A program made the position numbers and the translations under genes. 64,000 bases of DNA from Octopus sinensis (Eukaryota), in the NCBI RefSeq assembly GCF_006345805.1, contig NC_042997.1:204724001-204788000 (forward strand), in the 5' to 3' direction. Under the pieces are notes generated by a model. That model saw nothing but the letters and a program-made list of their open reading frames with translations. It searched no databases and was not told the DNA's origin. Positions 25,500 through 38,264 of the stretch are shown here, piece after piece (within the stretch, counting starts at the first letter, position 1; each line of letters opens with the position of its first letter).

Positions 25500-25704
25500 C
25501 GGCGAATACCAGTCACACATATAGAAATAGTCCAAGAGAATTCTTCTTTGTTTTATAGTTTTACCAAATGAATTTTTTTCACTTTATTGAAAAAAACAAC
25601 TTTCCTGTCTGTCCTATATATATATCATCATCATCATCATCATTATCATCATCAAATACAGCTGCTATGCCTAAAATGAGATGAAGAATACATTTTCAAC
25701 TTAC

Positions 25705-25833
25705 TTTTGAATCTGTGATGGCAGAAATTTGTTCAGCTTGTAAGTTTGGAGAAAGAAGCTCTGTACCAATGACAGCTGAATTGTTCAAAGAATTTTCTTG
25801 TTTTATCTCAGTTGTTCTTGCAAGGTCCAAGCT
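25705..25833 (-). CDS. Coding exon (phase 0 to 0): SLDLARTTEIKQENSLNNSAVIGTELLSPNLQAEQISAITDSK
   Basis: Acceptor caagtttttaccag|AGC and donor AAA|gtaagt. 129 nt open. Confidence 0.75.
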
Positions 25834-26356
25834 CTGGTAAAAACTTGTAGGGGAAGGCAGGCAATTAATAATATATCATTAGAAAGACATCTGAATTTAT
25901 TCAATTAGAAATGGTTCAGAAATAATAAATTTGCTGGAAAGCAATTCCAAGATTCTCTTCCTTTTTTATTTTTTGCTTAACCTTATTACCATATTTGAGG
26001 GAATAAAAGACACATGGGCTTGATGAACAAGAGACATATTACACACATCTTAATTTCAGCTGTGTGTATTCATGAAAATAAGTTTTGGTGCATTAAAGTA
26101 TATGGGAGGCCCAACGTCACATACAAGACATAGGGTAGTTGTTTTGACATTTTTTTTTTTGAAAAATAAATGCATCTTATATGTAACCAAATATGGAGCT
26201 TTTTTATTGTTAAAACAAAGGACTGTTTGAGAGAAATTTGTTCATTAGAAACACTGTTCATATGATGTAGCAAAGACAGTATCCTGAAGATTGGACTTTC
26301 TCTTCTTGAGAGCTTGAAAATTCTTCATGTCTTAACAACTCCTGGCCCTCTCTATA

Positions 26357-26391
<35 letters not shown>

Positions 26392-27179
26392 AGAGTAGAA
26401 ATTAATATTATTAAATAATATCAATTTCAACTAGTGGTCAGCATACATAAAAAACATCCAAGAACTGTGAATTCTATTTATATATATATGATATATATAT
26501 ATGTATATATATATATGTATATATATATGTATATATATATATAATGATGAAAATGCAACAGGCTTCTTTCAGTGTATCATATTCATGCTTTAAACATTAA
26601 ATGATGATGATGATGATTATATCCACTTACAAGGCATTGGTCTGCCGAGGGTTGTAGCAGAAAACACTTGCCCAAGTTGCCATGCTGTGAAACCATGTGG
26701 TTGGGAAGGAAATCTCTTAACCGCATAGCTGTGCCATGTGTGTATGTGTACACATGGTGTATACACATGGTGTATACACACACACACACCCTTTTATCCA
26801 CCAGCTCCTAGATGTGTGTGTGTGTGTGTGTGCATGCTCGTGCATGTATGCATGTGTATAATATATACAATGAATATATATAATATATATATAAAATATC
26901 TGTATAATATATATAATATATATGATATATATGTGATATATCTATATAATATATCTATATAATATAAATGATCTCTATATATATTATATTACACACACAC
27001 ACATACATATTTGTATGTATGTATATATATTCTAGCATTCATTTATCTAACACTGTGGCTATTAATGCTAAAACATTGAACGTTGGGCACCCCAGAATGA
27101 ATGAACATACAGATCTGTATTTTTGACATACAAAACATTTTAGGTTCATCTTCAATGAAACACAGCTGCCAAAGTATCT

Positions 27180-27660
27180 CAATCTCTTATGTAAGTAATA
27201 ACATTAACACTAATACGATAAATAGGACTTTGTTGAAAAAAGGGCTATAGAATGTGTAACTGTAGGAACCATAACAAATGTCTCATGGAAAACTGCTGCC
27301 CAAGAAAGAATATATATGTCTGGTCAAAACACCTGAGAGAGTTTATTACTACATGGGTGCTCTTCTTACAAAATTCAAGGCCAGATTACACAATCATATT
27401 CACTTTCTTAAAGGCAAAAGAAAAGAGAACTGTACATTATTTGCTAGATTCCTTAAGGGCATCAAAGAGAAAAATATTGACTACTCTGTTTTGTGGTCAA
27501 TCATAGGTAGTGCTTGTCCATATAGGAAAGGTGGTGGGAGATACAATTTGAGCCTGGGGAGGTGTTTGAACTACTCAATTGTAATTCTAATGTAATTAAC
27601 AAGCATAATGAACTGCCTACATTTAGTTTGAGGTTTTTCAATTTTGCACACAAAAATTCC
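27180..27660 (+). mobile_element. Penelope-like element GIY-YIG endonuclease remnant
   Basis: Overlapping ORFs read CNCRNHNKC..., YYYMG..TKFKARLHNH, WSIIGSACPYRKGG..NL, resembling the PLE C-terminal Cys motif plus GIY-YIG domain. Confidence 0.7.
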
Positions 27661-29917
27661 ACTTGATTTACCTGAGTATAAATATAGAAATTCAATACCT
27701 AAGTTAACTTAGTCGCTTCCTTCTTAATTTTGCCACTATGTAATATAATAAGTACTCTTTTCAAAACAATTTTTAAATTTTTAACCTTACTCCCTAATTA
27801 TTGCACTAAACATATTCAGTTTAATCTTTTTTCAATTGAATTTATTTTTATTTAATAGAATTCTCTTTCATGGTTGTTAACCTGATTTTTCTCAAAAAGA
27901 AATAATAAAGTGAATTATTGGCTTATATCTTCTATATTATTTTGCACTTAGTAGTTCCATTCTACTGTGCATACTTCTCTACCTTTGACTGGCCACTAAA
28001 TAAAGACATTAAACAGAAACCACTTCTTTTAAAGTGTCACAGGCTTAATAAACCAACATTTGATGACATCTCAACTTCTAAAGTTGGTATGAAGATAATA
28101 TATAATATATAATATATAATAATATAATTGGTATGAAGATAATATATAAGAGACAATAATAATATGATGTATTAGTTATCTGCATCTTCTTTTCCACAAA
28201 CTTTGTCACAGTCTTTGAAAAAGTCAACAAAATATCTTTTGAACTCTGAGGAAAATAGTTTTGGGGATGACGGTTCTATTGATTAATTGACTAATTATGT
28301 ATGCAACCCATGTATGGTGCATATATGGTTCCTCTAGCTATTTGAAACACATCATGGAATAAAGTTATGAGTTATGGAATAATATAATTCTTCATTCTTT
28401 GTTTGATTACTCTATCTGTCTGTCTGTCTATCTGTTGGTATCCATCTATCTCACTGTCCATCCGTCTGTCTGTCTGTCTGTCAGTAGTGAAAAGGTTTGA
28501 TAAAAAAACTTTTCTCCACTTGGTGAATTGTAGTAAAAAATATAAAACGAAGAAAATGCAGAGAAATTTTATGCTGGACAAAATATATATTTTTATGAAA
28601 TAAAATATTTACATAGTTGGTTAGTTTTGTTTATGCTAATCATGACTCAGAAATTTTTTTTTTTTTCCAATAAGAAGTATTTGGTTCCTACTGCAGTACC
28701 ATTAACACAAGTCTATTGAAGCTCTGTGATGGCAACTGGGTAGACAAAAGGAGTCTGGAAGCCCATTGGTTGAGCTGTACTTGTAGTCCAGTGTCACTGA
28801 TTCTGCTTGAAGATTACATTAAATAATACAAACTCCTGTAGGAATACTCAGCCACTTATGAAACACTGATATATGTGATGTGGTAACATTTAGTTTGACT
28901 GTTTAGCAGGAGATGACCCGTTCAAGAGAGGACTCTTGTTTTTAGCTGTTACTGTTGTTTAGTCCTGATCATAAACATCTCAGTCCTATTCATCATATAC
29001 TTTTCTTAGACACTGTGCACCTAGGACTACATTATTGAGTGTCTCCTTTTATAAAACATGAGAGTTTGATTTTGGGGAAACCTGACTGCTATTTTTAGCA
29101 CGATGAGTGTCTGTGGAGAGATTGTCTTGTTGTCTTCTTTTTAGTAGATCTGTTTGAACTTAGATGGCAGCATCTACAGAGACCATCTTCTACCAAAGAT
29201 GGCAGCACATTCATGGAATATTTTGTAGCATACAGATGAACAATTTTGTTATTAGAGTTTGTAGAACAACTTATATCTAAACTAAAAGTGAAAATACTTA
29301 AAAACATTGCAAAATTAGATCAAAAATGTTGGAAAACCTTGCTGAGTAAGTTCAAAGAATAAATGACTTGAAATAGAGACTGAATAAAACTTTTGAATTA
29401 CAAGATAATAAAAATAGATGAAAACATGTTTAATAATTCAAACATTATGCTAAAATATATTCAGGAAAATGATAATATTTCAGTATTAGAATTACATGAC
29501 ATATGTTAAAGAAATGAAAATATTATAAACATGGTAAATACACAAAGAAATAATATGAGAAAAAGATGTCAAAAGAATTCTGCATCATTTTATTTCATTT
29601 AAAAGGAATTTTCATTGTTGTTTTAGAATTTAACGTTCCACATTTGTATGGATCTGACGAAATATGTGGAAACAGATTTTCTATGGCTTGATGCCCATCC
29701 TGTCACCAACCTTCACATGTTTTCAAGTGAAGTAACATTTTTCCCATGACCAGACATGTTTTTCGTGAAGACTGGAGATGAACAAATTATTGGCATAAGG
29801 GTAATGCTCATTCACAATTATCACATGATAAGAAGATACAAACACACACACACTCACAAACACACATCATCATCATCATCATCATCATTATATTATTATT
29901 ATTATTATTATTATTAT

Positions 29918-30160
29918 TCATGGTATGCGTGAATGTTTTCCATTAGGAATCAATGTCTTTGATACCAGGTCACAACCAGTTTCCTTAGATATTGTGGACC
30001 TTTCTTACAATCCTTGTTCCGAAAAGAGCAGATCTCAGAATTAATGCAACTCTCATAGTTTCACTTAGCTCAATAAGGGAACTGTTATGTCTGGCAGTGA
30101 TGGTACCTAGCGCACCTATAACATCTGAGATTACTTTTGTAGAAACCCTCCACAATCTTT
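29918..30160 (-). mobile_element. R4/Dong-like LINE 3' end with (AAT)n tail
   Basis: The minus strand translates QRLWRVSTKVISDVIGALGTIT...RSALFGTRIVRKVHNI*, the end of a restriction-like endonuclease domain. Confidence 0.8.
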
Positions 30161-30177
30161 GTTGTTGTTGTTATTAT

Positions 30178-30625
30178 TGAGTGAGAGAGCAGTGCATGCC
30201 ATCAAAGTGGCACTGGGGTACAAATATATGAAACCCAATATACCCATCATAACTACCCATCTGATAAGGATACACCAGGAACATGCATCACAACCATATG
30301 TGCGCGACATGGTGATCTCATATCAAGATAAACAGTGCATTACCTTGCAGATGTGTCCAGTTAGAATTTTCTTCGGGTTGAGTAGCCCATCCTACTCAAA
30401 AGGTCCCTGAATAAGAGCTATTTAAGGTTGTTGAACAAAACACCCATGTTTCCAGAGGTGAATTATCCAAACCCCAAAGAATTCCTCTCAACACATAGCT
30501 ATGATGCTCCCCCACTACTTCTGCTTGTGATCAGAGATGCATGTATTGTCAGCCACCAACTGGTTAAGATCAACAACTGACAAGTAAATCTGTGGTATTG
30601 AGCAGAATATTTGCTGTAGCCCATC
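30178..30625 (-). mobile_element. Non-coding element of about 450 bp flanked by (AAT)/(AAC)n
   Basis: Unique-looking, hairpin-rich segment with trinucleotide tracts on both sides, lying between two Dong-like ends. Confidence 0.5.
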
Positions 30626-30636
30626 TTTTATTATCA

Positions 30637-30680
<44 letters not shown>

Positions 30681-30685
<5 letters not shown>

Positions 30686-30889
30686 TGGTATGTGTGAATG
30701 TTTTACATTAGGAATTAATGTCCTTGATACAGGGTCATAACCAGTTTCCTTAGATATTGTGGACCTTTCTTACAATCTTTGTTCCCAAAAGAGCAGATTT
30801 CAGAATTAATGCAACTCTCATAGTTTCACTAATCTCAATAAGGAAACTGTTAAGTCTGACAGTGAGTACCTAGAGCACTTATAACAGAA

Positions 30890-30890
<1 letters not shown>
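30681..30890 (-). mobile_element. Second R4/Dong-like LINE 3' end inside an (ATT)n array
   Basis: Close paralogue of 29918-30125, with (ATT)n on both sides. Confidence 0.8.
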
Positions 30891-30931
<41 letters not shown>

Positions 30932-31648
30932 GTTTGACTTTTGCTTTGTATTTGTACAAGTTGTCTCCAAGTCTCTCACAGAGACCTCAAGAGACAACAA
31001 GTTAGAAGTTCATGTTGGTGTTATACCTAGGGTATCATATATTTGGTTTTGCACATAGTATTTTTCTAGAGAATGTTTAAGAAAGCATAAGAAAATTATG
31101 AATTTGTTTTAAAATTTGAGATTACTTAGACAGTATTTTACGTAGGATATGGGCAGTTCCCATGAGTACTATCTTTTGAATTTCTGCTATTTGGGGATTT
31201 CTTGGTATTTGAGCTAGGTAGGAATCAGCTCTTTTTGCTATGATTCCTAGGGCACCTATGACAACAGGTATTGTTTATTATCATTAGTATTATAATTATT
31301 ATTATTATCATTATTATTATTATTATTGTTAGTATTAAAATAGTGAGCTGGAAGAATCATATTATAGTCTCAATATAGTCTACCTTATATATGGGTGCCC
31401 GTTTTTTCCTAATCATAGATTTTTAGACAATACTATATATATATATATGTGTGTGTGTATGACAGGATTCTTTCAGTTTCCATCCATGAATCTGCTTATG
31501 AGGCTTTGGTTGGCTTAGGGCTTTTTTAGTAGTTGCTTGCCCAAAGTGTCAAGTGGTAGAAATGCACCTGAAATTGTGTGGTTGGGAAGCAAAATTCTTA
31601 ATCATAGGAATTGTTAGCATGTATTACACAAGCATCTGAGACATATAT

Positions 31649-32463
31649 TTATCTGTTGCCAAATGCTGGTACAAAAGTAATATCAGTCTGTGTTGTTTTG
31701 TGCAAACTTAAAATACTTTGATTACATTGCAAAAAATTTCTTTCACAAATTAATCTACTGGAATCTGTTAGATCAGTCTGGGAACTTTTTATGTGTTTAT
31801 GTTTTTTGTTTTCCTCTGGTTTATTTGTGTTTAAATAAAGAAAAACTTCAGATCTGAAAGAAGTTTTGATATTTTCATATTTGTTACAATAACTTTTAGT
31901 TTTGCAGGAATCAAAGTCATTGATTTCTTTGTTACAATTCTTTTGGTTATCCTTTTCGAAACTGGAAATATTTTCGATATTACTTGCAGATCTTTTCTCA
32001 GAACTGCTGCAACTACTTAAGAAATCATGGCCACAGTAATCGTGAGCTGCCACAGAATTAGGTTTTTCCTTACAAAATCTATTTCCAGAATGATTCCTAC
32101 AGCTCACTTCTGAGTATGCTTTACTGTGTTTGGAATTATTTGAAGGATTCTGTACAAAAACGGTGATGGATGTTGAATACCATGCTCTATTATGTATCTC
32201 ATTGTTGCTATTGTTGTTTTGGAGTTGGTTACAGGTTTGGCTGTTCTGAGTTATCTCTCTGGAATTGTTGTCAGAAGAATAAACTGTAATATCATCTGTA
32301 CCACAAGTAATATAAGGAGTTCCAACAGGTGTACATACACTCCCACAACAATTCTTATTAATTTCTGAACCATTTCTTTGACTTTCAGAGAGATAGGGAA
32401 AGTGATAGGAACAATATGAACCAGTGTTAGAAACTCTGTTACAAACAGAAGTGGCATCTGTGA

Positions 32464-32518
<55 letters not shown>

Positions 32519-34288
32519 TGGCCAACATGGTTCTGAATGTAAGGGCAGTTGCTTATCATGCTCCAGTGAAAGCTCTTCCATTACACATTTAAAGTTTGGA
32601 GAAACACATTGGAACAGAAGTGGATTCCTTCGTTGTATTTTCTCTGAAAACTTTCTCTCAGCAGAAGTCATCCGCTTCCTCTCAGAAATTTTCACTGACT
32701 GAACTGGTGTATTTCTACTGGAATAAATTTTGGGATTTCTAATTTTCTTTTCTTTATCTCTAGTCTTGAGTATCTTGTTTCTGTCTATAGGAACATTGAT
32801 TATTGTTAAGGGAGAAGCAAGAGAAGATGAGAAGCTAGATGCTGAGTTCATCTTTTGGCAACTCAATAATAATCTTGGTCTTTTCTGACACAACACATCC
32901 CTCTCTGGGGCCCCATCAGATGGAACTTTTGAGTCAAAGGATTCAATGGAATTTGAACCTGATCCAAAAATATCATCTGATTCAAAACTTTCCCTAGATT
33001 TTTTCTCTATTGACCCTAAACACAATTTATTTCTTGGTAGAGTGACATTGGGTATTTCACTACATCCTTTATTAATTCTTTCCTTTGAATTAACTATCTG
33101 AGTGGATGTATTTGGATTTATGTTAAATATTTCTTGATCTACATTATATGATTCCAGTACCTCTCTATAGTTATCACAAGATTTGACTCCTCCTCTATTC
33201 ACAACATTCACTTCAAAATTATTATCACATATCTTCATCTCTTCAGTACTTGATTCACAAGGTTTCTTATATTCTGACTGACTATTAATCTCAGAGATTT
33301 TTTCATTGTCAGAAGTTTTTGTTATATCACAGACATCATTCATTCTGTTGTCAGGAGTTGTCAAAAATTGCTGTTGTTGCAGACTTATCTGTTTGTTATA
33401 AGAATCGTCAAACTTCATGAAACATCTTTGCGCTTCTTCAATTTCTTCATGGATGCTTTTTTGTTTGTAAAATATTCCTTTATCTTCCATAAACTTCTGA
33501 TCAATTGGACAATTTTCTTCAAAATCTGATGTCTGTTCAATTAAGATATTTTTTAAATTTCGGTTTTGGTTATTGAATTTCTCAGCTTCAGAACATTTTT
33601 TTTGTGCTGAGAACTGCTCTAAAGGTTGACTTCTGCCAATATCATTACAAAAAGAATCAGTTTTATTTCCTTCTATAGAATTTTCATGGCAATTCTTTAT
33701 ATTTCCTTGTTGTTTACTATCCTCATTATTGTCAATGACAGTTTCTATAGAATCTTGCATTGTCAGTGAATCAAAGTCAAATCTTTTCAAACCATTCCTT
33801 TGCAACTTTGGTTTCTGTGATGTATAACAGATTCTGAGAAATCTTTCTGGTATCTTAGTAGCTGCATAGAACCCAACATTTGAGAACATTTCTTCCGTAC
33901 TAATACTCATGGCATTACTCTTTGACTGAGAAATCAATGACAGATCATCTTTTATTCTTGATTCTCCAGGATTTCTTTGCTGGTTGCAATTATCAAAGCT
34001 TTCAATGCTCTCATTAAATATGTCATCTTTTATAGAATTTCCAAAAAGGCTACTGGAGGGTGAGCTACATAATGAACTGGTTGACTCTTCCACATAGTTT
34101 CTTCGGAATGCTGAATTCAATATATTGTCATATCTCTGAAAATAGTTCTCTTCACTTACTGAGCTCTCAGTGGAACTAGAAATGGAACTGGCTGAATTAT
34201 CATCATAATTAGAGGTTAATGAATATTTACGATCATCTGTTGCATATTTCTCATCAGAAGGTTTAAGAGGAAATCCTGTTGAAGACAT
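31649..34288 (-). CDS. 879-codon Ser/Asn-rich, probably disordered ORF (giant exon) with a poly-Asn tract
   Basis: 2640 nt are open in otherwise AT-rich, repeat-laden DNA, with no TE motifs. Possible phase-1 acceptor gtcttcaacag|GA (exon start 34275) or start at ATG 34288. No recognisable domain. Confidence 0.85.
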
Positions 34289-34428
34289 TTTAAAGGTTTC
34301 TTTTTCAAGGTAATAATTTCAATAATTTCCAGTCTTCTTTGATAAAAGAATATTCCAAAAGGAGAGATTAAATGGTAACTTCCATCAAGATGGGAACTGG
34401 TGTTCAGTCAGTGAGGAAAAAATGTTAA

Positions 34429-34777
34429 CCCTTTTGTCGAAAATACACTGCATTAGTTTCAAATAATTCAGAAAATAATGAAGAATTTATTCAAATATTT
34501 CATTTTCGTATTTGGTTTGTAAGATTGTTGGCATGAAATCATGTGCTGAAACAGATTTTGTTATACATTTGGAGGATCATTTTGCTAATGATCACTACAT
34601 ACACTGGTTCAATTTCATTTCTTTCATTATTAAAATAACTTTCTCATTAATGAAGCTGGTGTTTGAAACAAATTAAAATGAAATTTTGATGGATGGTTTT
34701 AATTTAGATCATTTCGAAATGGAATGTTTGCATCAAAGAATCAAGGGGTAGTCTCAGCTCAGTTGGCATCAAAAGGG
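34429..34777. mobile_element. piggyBac-like MITE, followed by a diverged second copy ending near 35210
   Basis: TTAA|CCCTTTTG ... CAAAAGGG|TTAT. 34630-34780 is echoed at 35070-35210. Confidence 0.6.
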
Positions 34778-36509
34778 TTATACCATTTCTTTAATAAGAG
34801 ATTCTTTATAAATAATTCTATTTTTCTTTTCAAAGAAGCATCAATCTTTAGAATGAATTATTATGCTTAATTTTTGAAATATTAATTATTGTAGTTTTAC
34901 TGATATTTCATATATAAAATGAATTCCAGCAGAAAAGTTTCAAAAGACTTAATTTGCTTGATTAAAATAAGGATTCTTTCCTGGCTAAAGTTCTAATATT
35001 ATTCTAATGAAATACATTATGTGTTTTAATTAAACTTGAAAATAATCAACAATTTGATGGAATTTAGTAAAATGGCTTTTTCATCATAAGACCATTGTTT
35101 GGAATATAGCAAAACCTTTCAAAATAAAATTAGGATGGATGGTTTGATTTAAAGCATTTCTGTATTAAAGAACTAAAGGTAGTCTCAGGTAGGTTAGCAT
35201 TAAAAAGGGGCTAACCATTTTGTTGAGAAAATGCAAATTCTGATTTATTCTTCACGGAATGTTGCCAATATTTTATAATGTGTCGAAAAATAAATTGGGA
35301 CATTATAGTAAAAGCTCACATTTCAAGGTAATGTGACTTAGATATTTGTCCTCTGTTCTGTATCAGTAGACATAACTGAATATTTCATTGTATATTGTGT
35401 TAAACGATGCCAATGTATAATAGGTTAGTTGTATAATTAAGAAGATTCTCAATGTTTACTGTTTCAGTTTCAGTTTTGACAGTCTGATGTCAATTAGTGA
35501 CAATTAATGATACGGAGCTGGAAGTGGTGTGAAATCATTAGAATTGCAAACTCATTAGCTATGTTAATGAGTATATCTCCAATCTACTTTATATTAGCAT
35601 CACCTCACTGGATTTGGTGTTTGTGAGCACATACAACATTAAATGCTTGTTTGTTTTTTCAGCGAAAGAGTGAGTTGTTGTCTCACCTCTGATCAACCCT
35701 TGATCCAGCGGACTTATGATCAGAGACATTCCAGCCAGGACCATCCCATCTTTCCAGACATAACTTTATCTGATACTACACTATCCAATATGTCTTCTTT
35801 ACTTTTTTTAAGGTAGCAGATATTATTTGGGAGAGGTTGTTATATCTAGCATGTCAAGCAACCTTATATAGACTTTCTCAGTGACTTGAGAGCAATACTG
35901 TTGTTGTTGTTTTTGTTGTTGTTGTTGTTGTTGTTGCTACTGCTACTGCTGCTGTTATTGTTGATGTAGTGTAGGTAGGATCTGAAAGAGATTTATTTGC
36001 TATATCTAGCAAATTGAGTGAACATCTAGTGGCTCTCTCATTGTCTTGTGAAAGACTTTGTTATTGGAATAGGAATCATTTGAAAGAAAATCTATATATT
36101 TTTTCTTGTGTGAAAGACATTTCTGTATATCTTAATTAAAAATTACATATGTACTTGTTGTCATTAATGATCTTCAGTGTGTTAGTAATTAATATTCCAA
36201 TACTGAAAGCAAGCCATCTTCATCTGTTGTTTTCTGGAACAAAAAAAAAACAGATTCTAAATTTATATGTGAGGAGATTTATGTTAGATATGAAAGCAGA
36301 AAAAAAGTACCCTATTTTTCAAAATAGCAGACACATTTTTCTTGCAATTTTTTCTTGGAAATTACAATTAGAGGTTGCTATAGGGTCGGGCAGAGAGGAC
36401 AGACGTTTTGAAATGGATATTACTCAGCCCTAGTAGGAGGGGCATATGTCTGACAAGTACTGTTTGGTTGGTGGTGTCTTAGCATTTTTTTCCCTCTTCA
36501 TGTTTGGTC

Positions 36510-37115
36510 ATGGAACTGTGGATGATAGAGCATCGTGTGTTTGCCTACAAGTGAAGAATGATGTGAAGAATGATGAGTCTGTCACAACAGTTCAGCATGA
36601 GTTTTGGCACCACTTCAGCAGTCACCAAAATCAGGCTGTTTCCATCTGTAACACAGTCTTACGTTGGGTAAGTGCCCTTCATACACGTGGTACACTGATG
36701 AACAGGAGACTTGTTGGGCTCCATGAATGGTACAGACCCCAGAAAATGTGGAACACATCAGACAAGCTTTGATATGGAGCCAAAATTGCTTTGCTTGGAG
36801 GCATTCCACTGAACTCGGCATCAATAATAAGGCATATTTTGCATGAAGACCTACATTTCCACCTGTACAAATTGGGCATTGGGCAACAATTGAAATCATG
36901 GTACTAAGCACAGTGGCTTAACTTCGCACATCAAATGGAAGCAATTTTTGAGGCAAACGACAACCTAATTTTGTTAACGAGTGATGAAGCTCATTTTCAT
37001 CTCAATGGCATGGTGAATCAACAGAACTGTCATTATTGAGCTCTTGAAAATCTGAGAAGACTGCATGAAAGACCACTGCACAGCTCAAAGGTGATGGTCT
37101 TGTGTGCTGTTGGAA
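36510..37115 (+). pseudogene. Tc1/mariner-superfamily transposase relic (DUF4817-type N-terminus)
   Basis: Reads EHRVFAY..KNDESVTTVQHEF, RTPENVEHIRQA and SDEAHFHLNGMVNQQNCHY*..EN...HERPLHSSKVMV across frameshifts. Confidence 0.8.
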
Positions 37116-38189
37116 TCAATGTGCAAGTGGCTGAGCACTCCACAGACATATGTACTCTTAATGTAGTTTTCAGGGAGATTCAGCTTGATGCACAATGAAG
37201 CAAGTATGACCCTTTGAATTACAGGTACTACTCATTTTTGCCAGCTGAGTGTTCTGGAGCAATGTGAAATAAAGTGTCTTGCTCAAGGACAGAATGCATT
37301 GCCAGGAATCAAATTCGTGACCTTAGGATCATGAGTGGAATACCCTAATCACTTAACCATGCACCTTCACAACAATAATACCCAACAGCAAATCCCCAGG
37401 TATGTACCCATAGTCTAGTGGTTTCATTCAAAGGTAAATAGGAACACTTCACTGGTTTACCTTCCAATTTTATCTGATCCCAAGCATTTAACATATACCT
37501 GCCAGGTACTGCCTGATTGTGTGCATGAGGCTTTGGTGAATAAAAGAAAATTTTTCCTAGAATTACAATTTTCAAAATTTAGGTGCATCTCCTAGTCTGC
37601 AGCATCTACCATGGTACCAAATATGGCAAATTATTGACAAAGATTATTGAAGAAAGGCTGAAATAATTTTGACTCATAACAGGTCTCATCTAATTTGTCT
37701 GAGAGAAATACTTAACAGCCATTTACGAATGAGTGTCACCTGGCAACATGCACCATGCTTTTGCTCAATGTTTTAGGTACCATGAGCAGACATAGATACC
37801 TTCTTCACTCTCTCACCCCAGATCCAGCAGAATCTCAAGGATGTGATACCTACAGTGGGAGAGAGTGCTATACCATACCTGGTTGGTACCTGTTTTCAGA
37901 TGAATTAACTAGAGTAACATGAAATAAAGTGCCTTCCCTATATATGTGTGTGTGTGTGTGTAAAACAATATTGACTTGAAACATAGTTCAAATTCTACAA
38001 GCAAAACAACCAATGAACTCCTTCATACAACACAACAGAATTTATACAAAAAAAAATTTTTTTCCAAAGATTTTAATCATATCTTCTGCTATAGCCTCAG
38101 GTCAACCAAAGCCTTGTGAGTGGATTTAGTAGACAGAAATTAAAGAAGCCCATCGTATATATATATCTCACTAAGATAAATATTTCAAT

Positions 38190-38252
38190 CACCTGAAGAT
38201 TGACTGTAACTCGAATTTTTACGAATTGGACAGCCATGAAACGATCGTAGTG
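38190..38252 (+). ncRNA. Penelope-type type I hammerhead ribozyme motif (probably impaired)
   Basis: CAC-CTGAAGA-TTGACTGT...ACAGCCAT-GAAA-CGATCG-TA-GTG. The core is intact, stem III ACGATCGT is palindromic and the site is GUA. The first pair of stem II is a T/T mismatch. Confidence 0.6.
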
Positions 38253-38264
38253 TTATACTCATTA

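Noticed and set aside
26270-26345. Possible exon ELLRHEEFSSSQEEKVQSSG (minus strand)
   Set aside because: It has a purine-rich acceptor and no GT donor before the stop.
29095-29292. Possible exon from ORF 29095-29307 (minus strand)
   Set aside because: The acceptor is plausible, but the only open frame ends in a stop and the downstream donor is in another frame. Not supportable without RNA data.
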